This document shows positions 49,560-63,095 of a stretch of DNA of 64,000 nucleotides, piece after piece. Location: positions 18,247,530 to 18,311,529 of the forward strand of contig NC_068984.1 in assembly GCF_001194135.2 (NCBI RefSeq). The letters are read 5' to 3'. The notes beneath the pieces are model-generated. The model did no database searches. It worked only from the letters and a program-made list of their open reading frames with translations, and was not told the DNA's origin. The translations under genes were made by a program, and so were the position numbers. This DNA comes from Octopus bimaculoides. Its lineage: Eukaryota. How positions within the stretch are numbered: the first letter of the stretch is position 1; the number at the start of each line of letters is the position of its first letter.

Positions 49560-50830
49560 AGGAGAGAGTAAACAGAGAATAACAGGAGTGATAGGGACAC
49601 AAAGATGGCAGAAGAAAAAGCTATGAAAGAGAGACAAACAATTACAATAATGTTTGTTGGTAGGGAGATTGAATAGAAACAATATTACTAAGCAGGTGAA
49701 ATGAAAGTGATGAATGAGAACCAGGCCAAGAGAATAATAGAAGAGAACGAAAGAGATGGGAGCTAAACGACAATGAGAATGAGAGGAATAGCTACATGAT
49801 GGTTGTTGATAAGGAGATGGAATAGACACAGCAGAATGATATAATAGAGGAAGACAGAATGATTGGAGAATGACCAGATGGTGGATGATGGCAAGAGAGG
49901 ATTTGCAGGAAGATGTATGAGTCCAACATTCTGGTAGGAGAAGAACTGAGCAGAGTGAGGGCTTAGTGGGGTCACAACATGCATAATGAGAGGGAGGAAG
50001 ACAGATAAATCAAGAATGTCAAAGTGGTGGGGGTATGAGACCAGTCAGCTCCAAAGAACAGAAGCCATTGTAATTGTGGTAAAAATATATCTGGTAGAGG
50101 AGACAGCACATTTGTGGACCAGAGGCTGGGGAATGTTTGTGAGTGACATACAGTACCCAAATGTAGGGACAGTTTTCCAGTGTGGATCTTACCTGAGTGT
50201 TGTAACATGCAGGTGAAGTATTTTCAGTCTCTCAAGAGAAAGTCCAGTCTTTGACATGCAGTCTTTGCTGTGTTAAGGATGTGTTTTTGCCAAGAAAATA
50301 TCCTGAACGATAGTGGAGCCAATTGTTTGGAGCTGTCTCAAAGGTTCTAGGTGTGTGCTTATTATGGGTAACGTTGGGGGTGCCATGATGTTTTGATATG
50401 TGTTTTCTCACTTGGAATGTTTTTGAAGTTTCTGTTTATGGAATCATTGTAGATTTTTCTGTGAGCTGTTGTACATGCAGCACCCCTCCTAGAGGGATCC
50501 TTCTTGGAAGTGATGGCTAGTAGGTCAATGATCTATAAGAGAAAGACTATAGGGAATAGAATAGAATCATGGGTGTGGATCAGGTAGAGCTCCATCTGTA
50601 TAGGCTGTGGCAGTGCAATCAGACAAGAAGCTACCAATCAAAGAGATGAGAGGCAAATAGAGTTTATAGGCAACAATTTTTAGACCAGATGCAGTTGAAA
50701 GCCTTGCTTAAGTCAAAGGTAGTGACAATGCTTTCACCTGTTGCTAAGATTGGGAACCCACTTGTAAGTGTTGTCTGCTGGAATAAGTTTCTAATAGGTC
50801 TAGTCATAAGAATGTCATCCTTGTGGTTTT
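49560..50830 (-). mobile_element. Decayed CR1/Jockey-group LINE, RT to 3' end
   Basis: Minus strand IVTTFDLSKAFNCIW (about 50690-50730), TACQRLDFLLRD*KYFT, QVRSTLENCPYIW (about 50155-50195). Confidence 0.7.
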
Positions 50831-51809
50831 GAAATAGAGATAGGGAGAGGGAGAAGGAGATAGAAAGGGTTAGAAAATGTTAATATTTATTTCCTTTAAA
50901 TTTGATCTGTTTAAAGTGATAACAAGATGTTAGTTGGCTGGAGAGAAGCAGTTGCCCTTCTTGGGAAAGCATAGCAATGTAGCACATACCTAAAGATAGC
51001 TAAACAGAGACAAACAGACAGATAGATAAGATAGAGAGAGAGAGAGAGAGAGAGAGACCAGTAGATAGGAGTATTTGGTGAATATAGGGATGAGGTCTGG
51101 AGCATATTGAGTGTAATGGGAGATTGTCAGGACCCACGGCCTTTTTAATTTGAATCAACCAGATATATTTTAGTAGTTGGTTTGTATGTATGAATTGTGA
51201 TACACTTGGTTGAATGGCATGAAATAGCTTTGGAGAAAGTTTACTTGATGTGCATGCAATTAAATTTAAACCTCATAACAAATGTAGAGAATTTTTACCT
51301 ATGAATACAGTTCAGAAAAATCATCATAGCTGTAGGAGATTTCTACAATACTGGTACAGATCTTTTTGATAAAGGAATGAATGATGTGGCTTCAGTTTAG
51401 AAGCTGGGAGAGGATGAGGGTTGTGTTGCATAGTGAGTGATATGCACTGGTCATGGTTGTCATGAAAGGACTTGCCAGTGCTGCAGTACTTAGATAAAGC
51501 CATCCAATTTTTTAGGGCTGGATGATTCTCCAAATGTCAAACCATGTGTATACATAGGTGTGTGCATTTTTACTTGCCCTGATATACATGACTATATTTA
51601 TGTACATATTTGTTTGAATTCATGCATATATGTATAAAGATTTGTATATAAGTATATATCAACTGCAAGTGCTTCAATAAGCATTATTTCTTGAACACCA
51701 TTTTTTGATGAATTTGCATCATCTCCAAGAATGCTTGCATACATGTAGATGATATCACCTATCTCTCCACCTTCCTTCTGTAACCTCCTGCATACAATCC
51801 TCCCATGAA

Positions 51810-52440
51810 TCACCTCATGCCAAACATTCACTTCTTCCATGAATGGGGACCGAAAGCCATTCTCCATCTTGTTTCATTTCACAGAAACACACATAGTTAT
51901 TGCCAATATTAAAGAAACAACCTTGTACTCCATGTTGCTTATCATAGACAGCACAGCCACAAACTCTTAAAATCGCTATGTGTACAGGGCTTGTAACCAT
52001 TGAAGATCTCATCTGGCAATTTCACATTCACAACAGAGCAAAACTGCATCACAATAATTGGACTTCATCTTTACAACCAGAAAATACTTCAGTTGCTAAC
52101 ATTCTTCATGGTTCATATGAGACCCACTATCGAATACTGACCCCCACTTCTGAGTGCTGCTAGCTGCTACACACACAAACCTCCTAGACTATATCTTACT
52201 TTCTGATTGACCAGACCACCTTCAAGCCTATTGAAGTGGTGTCACCTTTCTCTGGCTTTTCCACTGGTACTACAGCAAGTTCCACTTCTCTGACCCGGCT
52301 GGTATTGTACCACCTCCACCCTAGTCTATCCAACTCACTGCCTCTCCCCTCCTGTCATCATCCATATTTTCTCTGCTCACCCTACCACGGAACATCAACT
52401 CTTAAAACCCTGACTGCATGTTTTTTCTCTGGACTCATCA
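51810..52440 (+). mobile_element. Decayed LINE 3' part, same group as 49560-50830, opposite orientation
   Basis: EDLIWQFHIHNRAK, *LDFIFTTRKYFS and HMRPTIEY fragments parallel the minus-strand relic. Confidence 0.6.
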
Positions 52441-52959
52441 ACTAGCAGATTTCCAAGAATATCATAATCAGCATTGATATTACCAATCACTGAGAGCTTC
52501 TTCATGACCAAAACATTTAAAAATATATCAATTCATATGGCATATATTTTTGTTTCAATTTATATCCTAGGTTTGCAAACTATAGCATTATCGGTTATAC
52601 ATTTCCAGTGAGTTAATCATTGCATTTCTGGTTCTGTGAGGGTAAAGTGGTATCCATGCACTTAGCCTTTGAAAGCCTGTATTTTGTAATGCAAAACGGT
52701 TCAGCCAAGTGAATTAAGTGCCTGCCATCAATATGGATCTTTGCATTGAATATTTAGAGGTCATACACAGATATGAATGTACAAGCCATTGTAAAATGAC
52801 ATCTTTCAGACTGCAGTGGTAGCATTGCTCTGTGTTCAGTGTTCTAGCTGTGTGTGTGTGTGTGTAATTTGTGGAGTTATATTGCTGTAGTTACCAGTCT
52901 CCTACATTTTAACCTGTTGCTGGTGTTGTTTTTTTAGCAACATCTTCAAATCATTGCAG

Positions 52960-53400
52960 CTGACTGCAATGATCTAAAAAGCTTTCCTTTCCCTGGTAGG
53001 GAGTTAATTGTTTGTATCAGTCATAATGTTCTTGATTTGTTCTTTGTCAGTGGTGACTCTTTCATTCTAGTCCAACTTACATGGGAATTTGCCTTATAAG
53101 CAGCTCTGTCACATACAGAGGTGTCATCTTTTTCCCACACCAACTTGCTGTTTATGGTTACACAGAGAATCTCAAAGCTCATTTTTATTGGCTGCCTGCA
53201 ATTCTTAAAGTGCAATGCAAGCTTTCATGAGCTTCATAGCATTCCTTGATGAAAACACTGCTTTATAATTTCATGGCTCAAATGTTACAATTCAATTGTC
53301 TGCATAGGCTTTCATCCTGACAAGCTCTCTCCGTTTAAGTTGATTTCTGCCACACTGCTTTCTCCTGCTGATCTCACTGATGCCAAATGCATGAACGTGC
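52960..53400 (-). mobile_element. Decayed LINE RT relic
   Basis: Minus strand AYADN (YADD-like, 53295-53309) followed by EILCVTINSKLVWEK (compare ILGVTIDSKLTW). Confidence 0.6.
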
Positions 53401-53754
53401 TAACATATAGCTGTCAGAGATGATGTTACCCATCTAAGAAGGCTGGAGAACAAAAGTGAGTGTCAGGGTATGTGGGACTAGAGCATTGAAGGGAGCTAGA
53501 TCATGTTGACATGAAAGGGTGGCCTTAATAGATCGTGCATTAAATTAGATTTACACACACAATAATACATGTGTGTAGATTTGTATTTATATATAAAATT
53601 CATATCCATTTAAAATCAGTGGATGATACACTTTTTTTATATTCGATTTTACATATAGAGGACACACATGATTAATTCAGTAATATTTTGTGAATGAATA
53701 AAGCTCCCACCCCATTCTCCCCCTTTGCTCTTTCTCTATATCTCCTTTTATTTC

Positions 53755-53794
<40 letters not shown>

Positions 53795-54779
53795 CTGTGT
53801 GTATTTTTATATATCTACTTTCTACTTTGTGTGTGTAGCCAATAGTTAGACTGTGCTTTACTGATGAAGTCTAATAAAACCAGAACATATCCAGAGTTAT
53901 CATTTTCCACCAAAGACTTGATTCACTGCCTATAGCATTTTGTATATAATTTATTTTAATTATTATTCTTTTTGCTTGTTGCATTTCGTTTACCTACTTA
54001 CCACAATTAGTGACTAAGAAAATTATTGTTCATATCACCAAATAATATTATTTTAATTAAAATCATCAAAATTCTTTTTGTCAACTCCAGCAGACGTACT
54101 ATCACCTACTTTACTGCTGGTTCTGCATTCTAAGAAATAGCTCTAGGTACTTTTATCAAGTCATTCATTTTGTCTGTATACGTAGATATACATACATCAT
54201 ATATATATATATATGATGTATGNNNNNNNNNNNNNNNNNNNNNNNNNNNNNNNNNNNNNNNNNNNNNNNNNNNNNNNNNNNNNNNNNNNNGATCTTATAT
54301 ATATATATATATACATACATACATACATACATACATATGTGCATGTGTGCGCACACACACACATCGTACACATATACATATACAAGTAATGCATAGGATG
54401 ATGCAGTGGATTAAAGACTATGCATATTGCCGGACAAGATGCCTTGTGGCATTTTACCAAACTTCCTTATATCCCCAGTTTCTTGGTTCATCTCTCAGTG
54501 GAGTTGACATCAATTATGCATTCTTCTGGGGTGGATAAATTATTATTAAAGTACAGTCAATTCTGTTCTCCCTCTATTTGTCAGGTAGTGTGCCTATACA
54601 TACATATATACATACATGCATACAGACATATATTTTTTTTTTAAATGAATGAAAATGACTTTTTGTGCACTTTAATGATTTTGTAAACATCTAATCATTA
54701 AAGTGGCAAAAATGATCAGAAAAGTCATTCTTTTTTTTTTCAATATTTAATACCATAGCAAGGACTGTTTTAATTTTAC

Positions 54780-54780
<1 letters not shown>

Positions 54781-54870
<90 letters not shown>
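54781..54870. repeat. Long pure (TA)n microsatellite
   Basis: Read directly. Other notable runs: (AAT)n 17536-17576, (GAT)n 30960-31036, (ATT)n 62677-62738. Confidence 0.97.
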
Positions 54871-54871
<1 letters not shown>

Positions 54872-56130
54872 TATATACATACATATATACACACGCGCAT
54901 GTATATATACACACATGCACATATATATATTTAAAATGTTATATCTTTTAGTTGCACTTATGTATGTATTTGCATATATATGCGCATTCACACACACTCA
55001 CACACTCACACAGACATATTCTCTCTCTCTCTCTCTAAAATACACACAAAAGTACAACTAAACTTTTTGATTCTTAGTAGTTGAAAGTACTGTTAAGAAA
55101 TAAAAGATAAGTGAATATAAGTTTTTGTCTATGTGTATGTATGTGTTTGTTGGTGTGCGAGAGAGGCAAAATCATGAGTACACAAATCATATTTTTATGT
55201 ATGTTGTGTGTGTGTGTGTGTGCGTGTGTGTGTGTGTATTAGATTTAAAGTATTGTGTGCACTTTCCTTACCAAAAGTAGGATTGTGTGTGTGTATTGAT
55301 ATCCATATTTTTATTCATGTATATATATAAATATAAAATTTATGCTTTATATGTTTTGATTATTAACACAAAATATGCTTTTTTCTTTTATACAATTATT
55401 TTTATTCATTTGTATGCATGTGAACGCATGTTATACATTCATACACATGTCAATACACAATTTTATTTAATAATTGTGTGTACATACCACATACACTCAA
55501 TGTGTCGGCTTCAACTGAAATAACACACAACATATATATAAGCACATATATATATTCACACATTACATACAAACATATCCACCCACCCACACATGTTTGT
55601 GTGTAGGAGTGTAGATTTGTGTGTGTGCGTGTGCATGTGTGTGTGTGTGTGTGTTGTATGCTCAATAGAATAGAAATGATTTCAGCTGAAATTCTTTTTA
55701 ATATTCCAAACTTTTTACGTTCCTTGTTTCCATCAGTTTTCATACTTATACACACACAGCTGTAATTCTCTTTAATGAAATGTACCTATGCACTTTTATG
55801 GGTGTGTGTGTGTACACAAAATTATAAGAAAGTATCTACACAAACATACATGAATATATATATATATGTGTGAGTGTGTGTGTGTATTTATATAGTCAAG
55901 TAGATATTGTGTCTATTGATGAAAATATTTATACATGCACAAAGAAATATTAGTGTCTGTGTAATTTAAGGTGTGTGTGTGTATGTTTCTGTGTATATAT
56001 ATATATACATGTGTGTGTGTGTGTATATGTCTTTATGTACATATATGTATATGTCTTTATGTACATGTGTACATGACATATATATACTCATGTGAGTGTA
56101 TTTGTTTTTATGTATGAAAGGAAGAATGAT

Positions 56131-56191
<61 letters not shown>

Positions 56192-56364
56192 TTCATTCAT
56201 ACATAAATATGTGTATTTAAGAAAGAAAGAGTTTTGTATGAAAAGATAAATGGTTAATAATTTTTTACCTTTTTGTTTTTTGTTTCATCTCTCTTTCAGT
56301 CTATGAGTATGTATGTATATATATATATATCTACTTGTAGTTATGTTTAGCACCAAAGACTTAC

Positions 56365-56465
56365 CTTTGACAAGTGTAATATCCATTCTTGCCAATGCAG
56401 TGATGATGTCTTGTAATCCAAAAGTTGACTGATTTGGAATGTCTGTGTGGGTGGATAGTTGTAAA
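56365..56465 (-). other. Candidate 101-nt 5' UTR exon of the nested gene
   Basis: Minus-strand acceptor TTTGTTTTTATCTATTTTTCACTAG| and consensus donor AAG|GTAAGT in non-repetitive sequence. Linkage to the 39728 acceptor is inferred only. Confidence 0.55.
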
Positions 56466-56628
56466 CTAGTGAAAAATAGATAAAAACAAATATTTTTTCA
56501 CACTTTTCTTTCCACCTTTATTTTAATACTTATCATCACCAATAAATAATATCGGTACGGAATATAGTTTCCACCTTTTTCTTCTTCTTCTTTGGACCCA
56601 ACATTGTTTTTTGTTTTTCTCCTCTCAC

Positions 56629-57000
56629 CTGTTTTTACCTTTCACAGGTAATGTTATTATGTGCTACTGAAGAAGAATAATCAAGTAGTGTTGTGTTTGC
56701 TCTTCATGTGCAGTCAGCAGCCTCCCCCACTCTGGCTTCCCTCCACTCTTCTTTCTCTTTGATTCTCTCACTCCTCTGCCTTCTCCATTCCTTCCCCCAG
56801 TTAGGTGACTGTTTATCTGTGTAAGCGTACGTGAGTGTGTGTCTGTGTGTAAGTGTAGTTCTCCCCCTCCACACTCACTGCTGTTCTGCCCATCATCTCT
56901 CCTACTAACACACTCAAGAAATGGCGGCAGCAGCAGTAGTAGTTTGTGTTGACTGCTAGCAGTCAAAACTTGCATTTTGACTACTAGATAGTGTCTATAA
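56629..57000 (-). promoter_or_regulatory. Candidate first exon / promoter region of the nested gene
   Basis: Tandem minus-strand donors CAG|GTGAGA (exon end 56629) and AAAG|GTAAAA (56639). Locally more GC- and CpG-containing, YY1-like AAATGGCGGC at 56919-56928, 18-bp palindrome at 56949-56966, GA-rich tract just upstream on the minus strand. TSS not determinable. Confidence 0.35.
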
Positions 57001-57203
57001 TGCTTACTGTCTCTGTTCCCTTACTCTGTCTTTCTTCTTCTATCTCTCACCCTCTCTCTCATTCTCTCTCATTTTGTATTATTTCTTTAATTTCCCAAAA
57101 TTTCTCTGTAATCACGCATACAAACACAAGTCAAACCTTTATATGCGCATACGTGTTCCCACGTGTATATTCTCTTTTAGATGCTCAAGTTATAAACGCT
57201 TGT

Positions 57204-57236
<33 letters not shown>

Positions 57237-57549
57237 NNNNNNNNNNNNNNNNNNNNNNNNNNNNNNNNNNNNNNNNNNNNNNNNNNNNNNNNNNNNNNNN
57301 NNNNNNNNNNNNNNNNNNNNNNNNNNNNNNNNNNNNNNNNNNNNNNNNNNNNNNNNNNNNNNNNNNNNNNNNNNNNNNNNNNNNNNNNNNNNNNNNNNNN
57401 NNNNNNNNNNNNNNNNNNNNNNNNNNNNNNNNNNNNNNNNNNNNNNNNNNNNNNNNNNNNNNNNNNNNNNNNNNNNNNNNNNNNNNNNNNNNNNNNNNNN
57501 NNNNNNNNNNNNNNNNNNNNNNNNNNNNNNNNNNNNNNNNNNNNNNNNN

Positions 57550-57582
<33 letters not shown>

Positions 57583-58885
57583 CCTTCTTTCTTGTGGTTA
57601 TCAATTGTCGTTAGTTCTCTTTGTGAAGAACCCAAAAAGAATATTCATGTATTTTCAAGGAAGAGGTTATTATTCTCTTGGATTAAACCAGTAAGAACTT
57701 TGAAATCAAAACAGTTTTATTAAATCCAAAACTTTTCCGAATATTACAGTTTTAAAGTGTAAAATACTCCTAAATATTTGCATAAATTTAGTTAAGTATT
57801 TCAAACAAATAATCAAGTTTGTCCAAGTGATTTCTTTTTAACTTTTTGCTTATAGAATTATAAAATAGCTAAAAATGTCAGATTAAGTTTTAAGTAATTC
57901 TGCTGAATTACTCAAACTTAACTCAATACTTTTATTTTTTTTATTTTCATTTATTTATTTATTTTTCATAATACCATTCTCATTTATAATAGAAACACTA
58001 ATCAAACTCAGAACTCAGTGTTCCTTGTCTCTATCTCTATTTTCACCTACATATATGCACAACCTCTATTAGAATTTTTACTGACATGTCATTAATATGT
58101 TATTCTAGTCATCTTTAAATTGGACCAGTTTGATGTTCATATGAGTTTACATTTCCTACCTCACATCAAATGGAGAACACAAATTTTGTATCTGGTGTTT
58201 ACTTATGAATAAATTATCTGTTGAGATAAGATATTCTCAGAAAACTACATATCACAGTGTCTTGTCTATCTTTCCCACTGTCTCTTATGATATACTGTCA
58301 TATTTTAATTTAACATGATTTCTCATTATTGTTGCTTTTTAAATTAGAAATATTTCTCTCTTGAAATTGTATATTCCAATATATATCTCCAATTAAACAT
58401 ATATCCATACAATAAATAAACAAACAGAAAATATAATCCACAATGATGAATTTTTAAATTTAAGTGCTCATAAGAAATCATTCTTAGAAAAACATCACTT
58501 CTCACAAATATGTATGTATATGCATGTCTGTATAGTGTGTATGTTTGCGTATAGATTTTTCATTGTTTCTAATTAATCAGGCCACTACTCAGGGATAACA
58601 AGCATAAACATTTGCCCTCCTTGTTCCTATTTCACTCCCTTATTTGTTAAGGCTTACTAATTGTTCTTTTCTCAATATTAGGTGATTTTCTCTTCCTTGT
58701 TTGTATTCTCATAACTTACAAATAAAGATCACTCTCTCTCTCTTTCCCTTCCCTACACACGCACACACACACACACACACACATGCATATATTTATAAGG
58801 GAATAATATCTGTGCAGTGTATACTGTATAACATTCAATCTTTTGTTGTGACCACGCAAAGCAGGGATATTGTGCATGTCTATAT

Positions 58886-58918
<33 letters not shown>

Positions 58919-61900
58919 GAGGTGTATGATACAGAATTATAAATATATCATCCTCATCATCATCATCATCATCATCATTTTACATATATATAATTTACGT
59001 AAGCAGTTAAATTCATTAACTATATATTGTAAAATGTTTGTTTCTAATTCTGTGAATTGGAAGATTGATTCCCACAGTAATATAATATGAAGAATAAACA
59101 GAGAGTTAGGTTATGCAGATGCATTGTATTCAGTATAACATTATGTTTAGAGATAATTTTTTTTTTTTTTGTGTGTGTATGAGTGAGTGTTCTATCTCCT
59201 TAAACTTATCCAGTTATATGTATGATTGAATATCAATGGGCAACCGGAGGGAAATACGCATAAATTTTTCTTGGTGATATTTTATTCAATTTTATTCATC
59301 ATTTGTTATTCCAATAGACAAGTAAAGTCTTCTTTACACAGTTTACTGACTACTACCTCACTATATAAGGTGGTATTAGTAAATATTCACTTATTATTTT
59401 TATTATTTTTCTATTTGTATTACATTTATTTACTACTTTTTTAAAACCTCATATTGTAAATTTGGCTTTTGTAAATAGTCTCAATCCTTTACTATTTGCC
59501 TCTTTTTGTGAGGTAGCATATGAATTTTGCCCTCAGTGTGGGGTTTTTTTTTTTAGGTTTTTATTTATATATAGGATAATTTAAAATTCACCCACTAAAA
59601 CTAAACTATTCAGATTTAAATGAATTCTTGAAATGATATTAATCACTCTACTCAAGTAGAAAGCTCACTATTCTTGAAATGTTGCTTGAAGCTTTCAAAA
59701 ATTCTTCGAGTTATTCCAGAAAACTTAACTTTATAATGATTACTATGTTGTTAAAAAACAAAATTAGAAAATCAATTTTTTTCCCTTTAAATATTCATTA
59801 TGATGGTTGATTAAAGTTGGCCAAAATTAGATATATTAACTATTAAAATGTGAACGTGTCTTGTTTACGTATTCAGTCAGATCACTTCTCCTAACATGCA
59901 CACAAGAATCCTTGTATGGAAGGTAAGAAGCTCAACCTGCTGGATATGGCAACTAAATCTCCTCAAAATCCTGAAAATGGTACAACACATTGGATAGTGT
60001 AGTCCTAGATATAAAAAAAAAACTGGATGGCCATGGTTGGATTTTTTTGATCAAAAGACTGTTTAATCAATGCTTACCTGAGATTAAACAAAAATGGCAG
60101 GAACCTTAATTATTTTGCGTGGTTATAAATTTGAATTTATAGAAAATGATTTTTTTTTTTTCTTTTAACCTTCCAACTCCAAGATAATTTAAAGGTTTGT
60201 TTCCTTTAAAAATTATGCAATCATGTTCCTTCACAGCTATATTTCCTTCACATTTACAGTTTGGTAGTTTGATTTTCTTTGAAGCTTAACAAATGTTTCA
60301 GAAATTTTTGTCAAGCACATGTTTATGAAGGTCTTGCCATGCCTTGATTCAAAGTCTGTGACCACAAGTAAATTGATATTTTAATGGAATATTCAACAAA
60401 CCAAAAAGTCAGATAAGAAACTGGAAAATTACTTGACGTTTTCTTAAGATTTTTAATTATGTAATTCCAAAGACAAACCGTTGTATTAACAAGATAGTTG
60501 ATGGAATCTCTTTCAATCTCTGTCTACCTCCACCCAGTGCCTCACCCAGAGCAAAAGTCCATTAAGTAGTCCAAGATTGATAAAAAAAATTCTTTCTTTA
60601 TTTTTTTTTCTCTTAGTCTTTATATACAGAAACAGCTACTTGTATAGATGAAATGTTCTTTAGTGGAGTATGTCTTACATATATTTAAGAAACATGTTAA
60701 TAAACAATTTCCACAGAGTTTTTAGAACTCCATTTACATATTGAAGACAAAATAAGAACAATATTCAGTATGTATTGTATTAGCAATATGAAATATGAAA
60801 AATTTTTATTTTTGTTTTTAACAGTAACTATAATTTCCAATTTCCTTTTGTACTAAGTTTGTATTTGCTACAGCAGTTATTTTTATGTATTTTTTATTGT
60901 TTATTTTAATTTTATTTTTTCTACTATTTACTTTTATGTATGTTTTATTGTTTTATATTTGTTGCTTTCATGTTTACTCCCAGTAACGTTAAGTTAAATG
61001 GGTAAAATTGATATTTTAGAAATGGCTTTTTCTCTTTATTACTATATGTTTGAAATATTTAATAAAGTAAATATGCATGATTAAAGCCTGTGACTTGAAA
61101 GAAATGGAAGTTTGCAGCAAATATGTTTAGTGGTTCTAATGCAAACTTTGAATTCACTCATCCGGCAATTTTTTTCAATTGCTATTTTATCTTTGTTAGA
61201 GTAATGGAGCAAGTCTAAAGTTGCAAGTGTAAATTTAAACCTACCTGTATGTGTGTGTGTGTATGCACACACACACATATAAACACACATATACCTGTGT
61301 GAGCACAGCATGCACTCACATATTTACATATTAATATGTATATGTGTGTGTGCTTTTATACACACACACACTCACATACTTACACATGTACGTACACATG
61401 TTTCCTTGCATTTGTCACTTGTCCATCTTTTATGCTAGATACCATGATATTACATTCAACTGAGAATATTTTTAATGGAACAGAAATTGCTTTATGAAGA
61501 AGGAATCAAATAAACAAATATATTTAAAAAATAAAAAAAAAGAAGAATGAGAGAGAAAATATTGTGATAACTTTCTATATCAAGTAGGCGCCATTCAACA
61601 TTGTACTTAGATCTCTGAAGATTTTCAATTATTTCTGATTCTATTAGTACTGGTGATAGAAAAATATGTTGGTCAATCCCAGTTAGCAAATGAGATTTAG
61701 CTTAGTTTAATGATCTTGTTCTTGTCAAATGAAATCTAGCCAAACTGTTGCAAAAACATCTGGCTATCATATAGATTAAAGTATTAACATTTTCATACCA
61801 TAGGGAGAGGAGCGTTTTTCTTTTTAAAATATATTATGATTGGTGTTAGTTTGTCATATGTTTCTGAATAATAACATAGCAAACTCTTACAAAATACTTC

Positions 61901-62462
61901 AGTGGATTCCGTTTAATGCTTTCCACTGTGACGACCACTTATAAACACTTTCTATTCCATTCGTCTTCATTTTCTCCATGTGATCTCGCGCTGAACTGTA
62001 ATTCCCTGGTTTAAGCCAAGATTTATTGAAATACTTACATATTACGAGATTTTCTGTAGTAACCGCCAACAGTCTCTGTTCTGGATTGATTATAGAATGT
62101 ATCCAGTATACCTTATAAGAACTTATTATTATCATCATTATTCTTAGATTTAGAACTTCTACAGAATCAAGCTTTACTTTATTTCCAAATAAAAGGTTCT
62201 GTTAAATATGCCTGATTACGAAATATACCTAATTGTTCCTCTATACTGTTCATATTCAAAACATTATTGCTTGTTGTATTTTAGGTGAGGTGGTCATTTT
62301 TGCCAGTAAGGAACACATACTGGTTTTAACTCACTCATTTTTATAATTATTATTATTATTATTATTTTCTTTGATATCAGATAACAAATACCTCCCAAGT
62401 GACAAGCAGTTACCTGGGCTCGTTATTATTACCATCATCATCATCATTACTATCATTATTAT

Positions 62463-62699
62463 TAAGGCAGCAAGCTGGCAGAATCGTTACTGCGCCAGGC
62501 TAAATACTTAGCAGCATTTCGTCTGTCTATACATTCTGAGTTCAAATGCTGCCAAGGTCAACTTTGCCTTTCCTCCTTTCAGAGTCGATAAAATAAATAC
62601 TTGTTACACACTGGGTCGATGTAATCAACTTAGTCCCTCCCATCAAATTTCAGGCTTTGTGCCTATAGTTGAAAAGATTATTATTACTATTATTATTAC

Positions 62700-62742
<43 letters not shown>

Positions 62743-63095
62743 TTCGAGGTGACAAGCTGACAGAATTATTAATATGCCATACAAAATGCTTAGTAGCATT
62801 TTTACCAACTTTACATTCTGAGTTCAAATTCCACCTAGGTCAGCTTTGTCTTCCATCCTTTCAGGGTTGATAAAACAAGTTCCAGTCAAGCACTAGGGTC
62901 AATGTAATCGTCTAGGTCCCTCCCCCAAAATTTCAGGCCTTGTGCTTATAGCAGAAAGGATTATTATTCTGAGCTCAACTTTGCCTTTCACCCTTTCAGG
63001 GTCAATAAAATAAGTACCAGTTGAGTACTGGGGTCAATGTAATCAACTTAGCTCCTCCCCTAAAATTGCTGACAGAAATCTCTATTTGAAACCAT
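62463..63095 (+). mobile_element. Head-to-tail trimer of Nin/Deu-like SINEs separated by (ATT)n
   Basis: Copies at 62463-62678, 62746-62966 and a 5'-truncated one at 62968-63095, each with the CTTTGCCTTTC...GGGTCGATAAAATAA-type core. Confidence 0.85.

Noticed and set aside
60070-60100. Minus-strand TTTTTGTTTAATCTCAG|GTAAGC, resembling a recursive splice site
   Set aside because: Lies within a decayed copy of the short dispersed repeat (60023-60090); probably a mutational coincidence.
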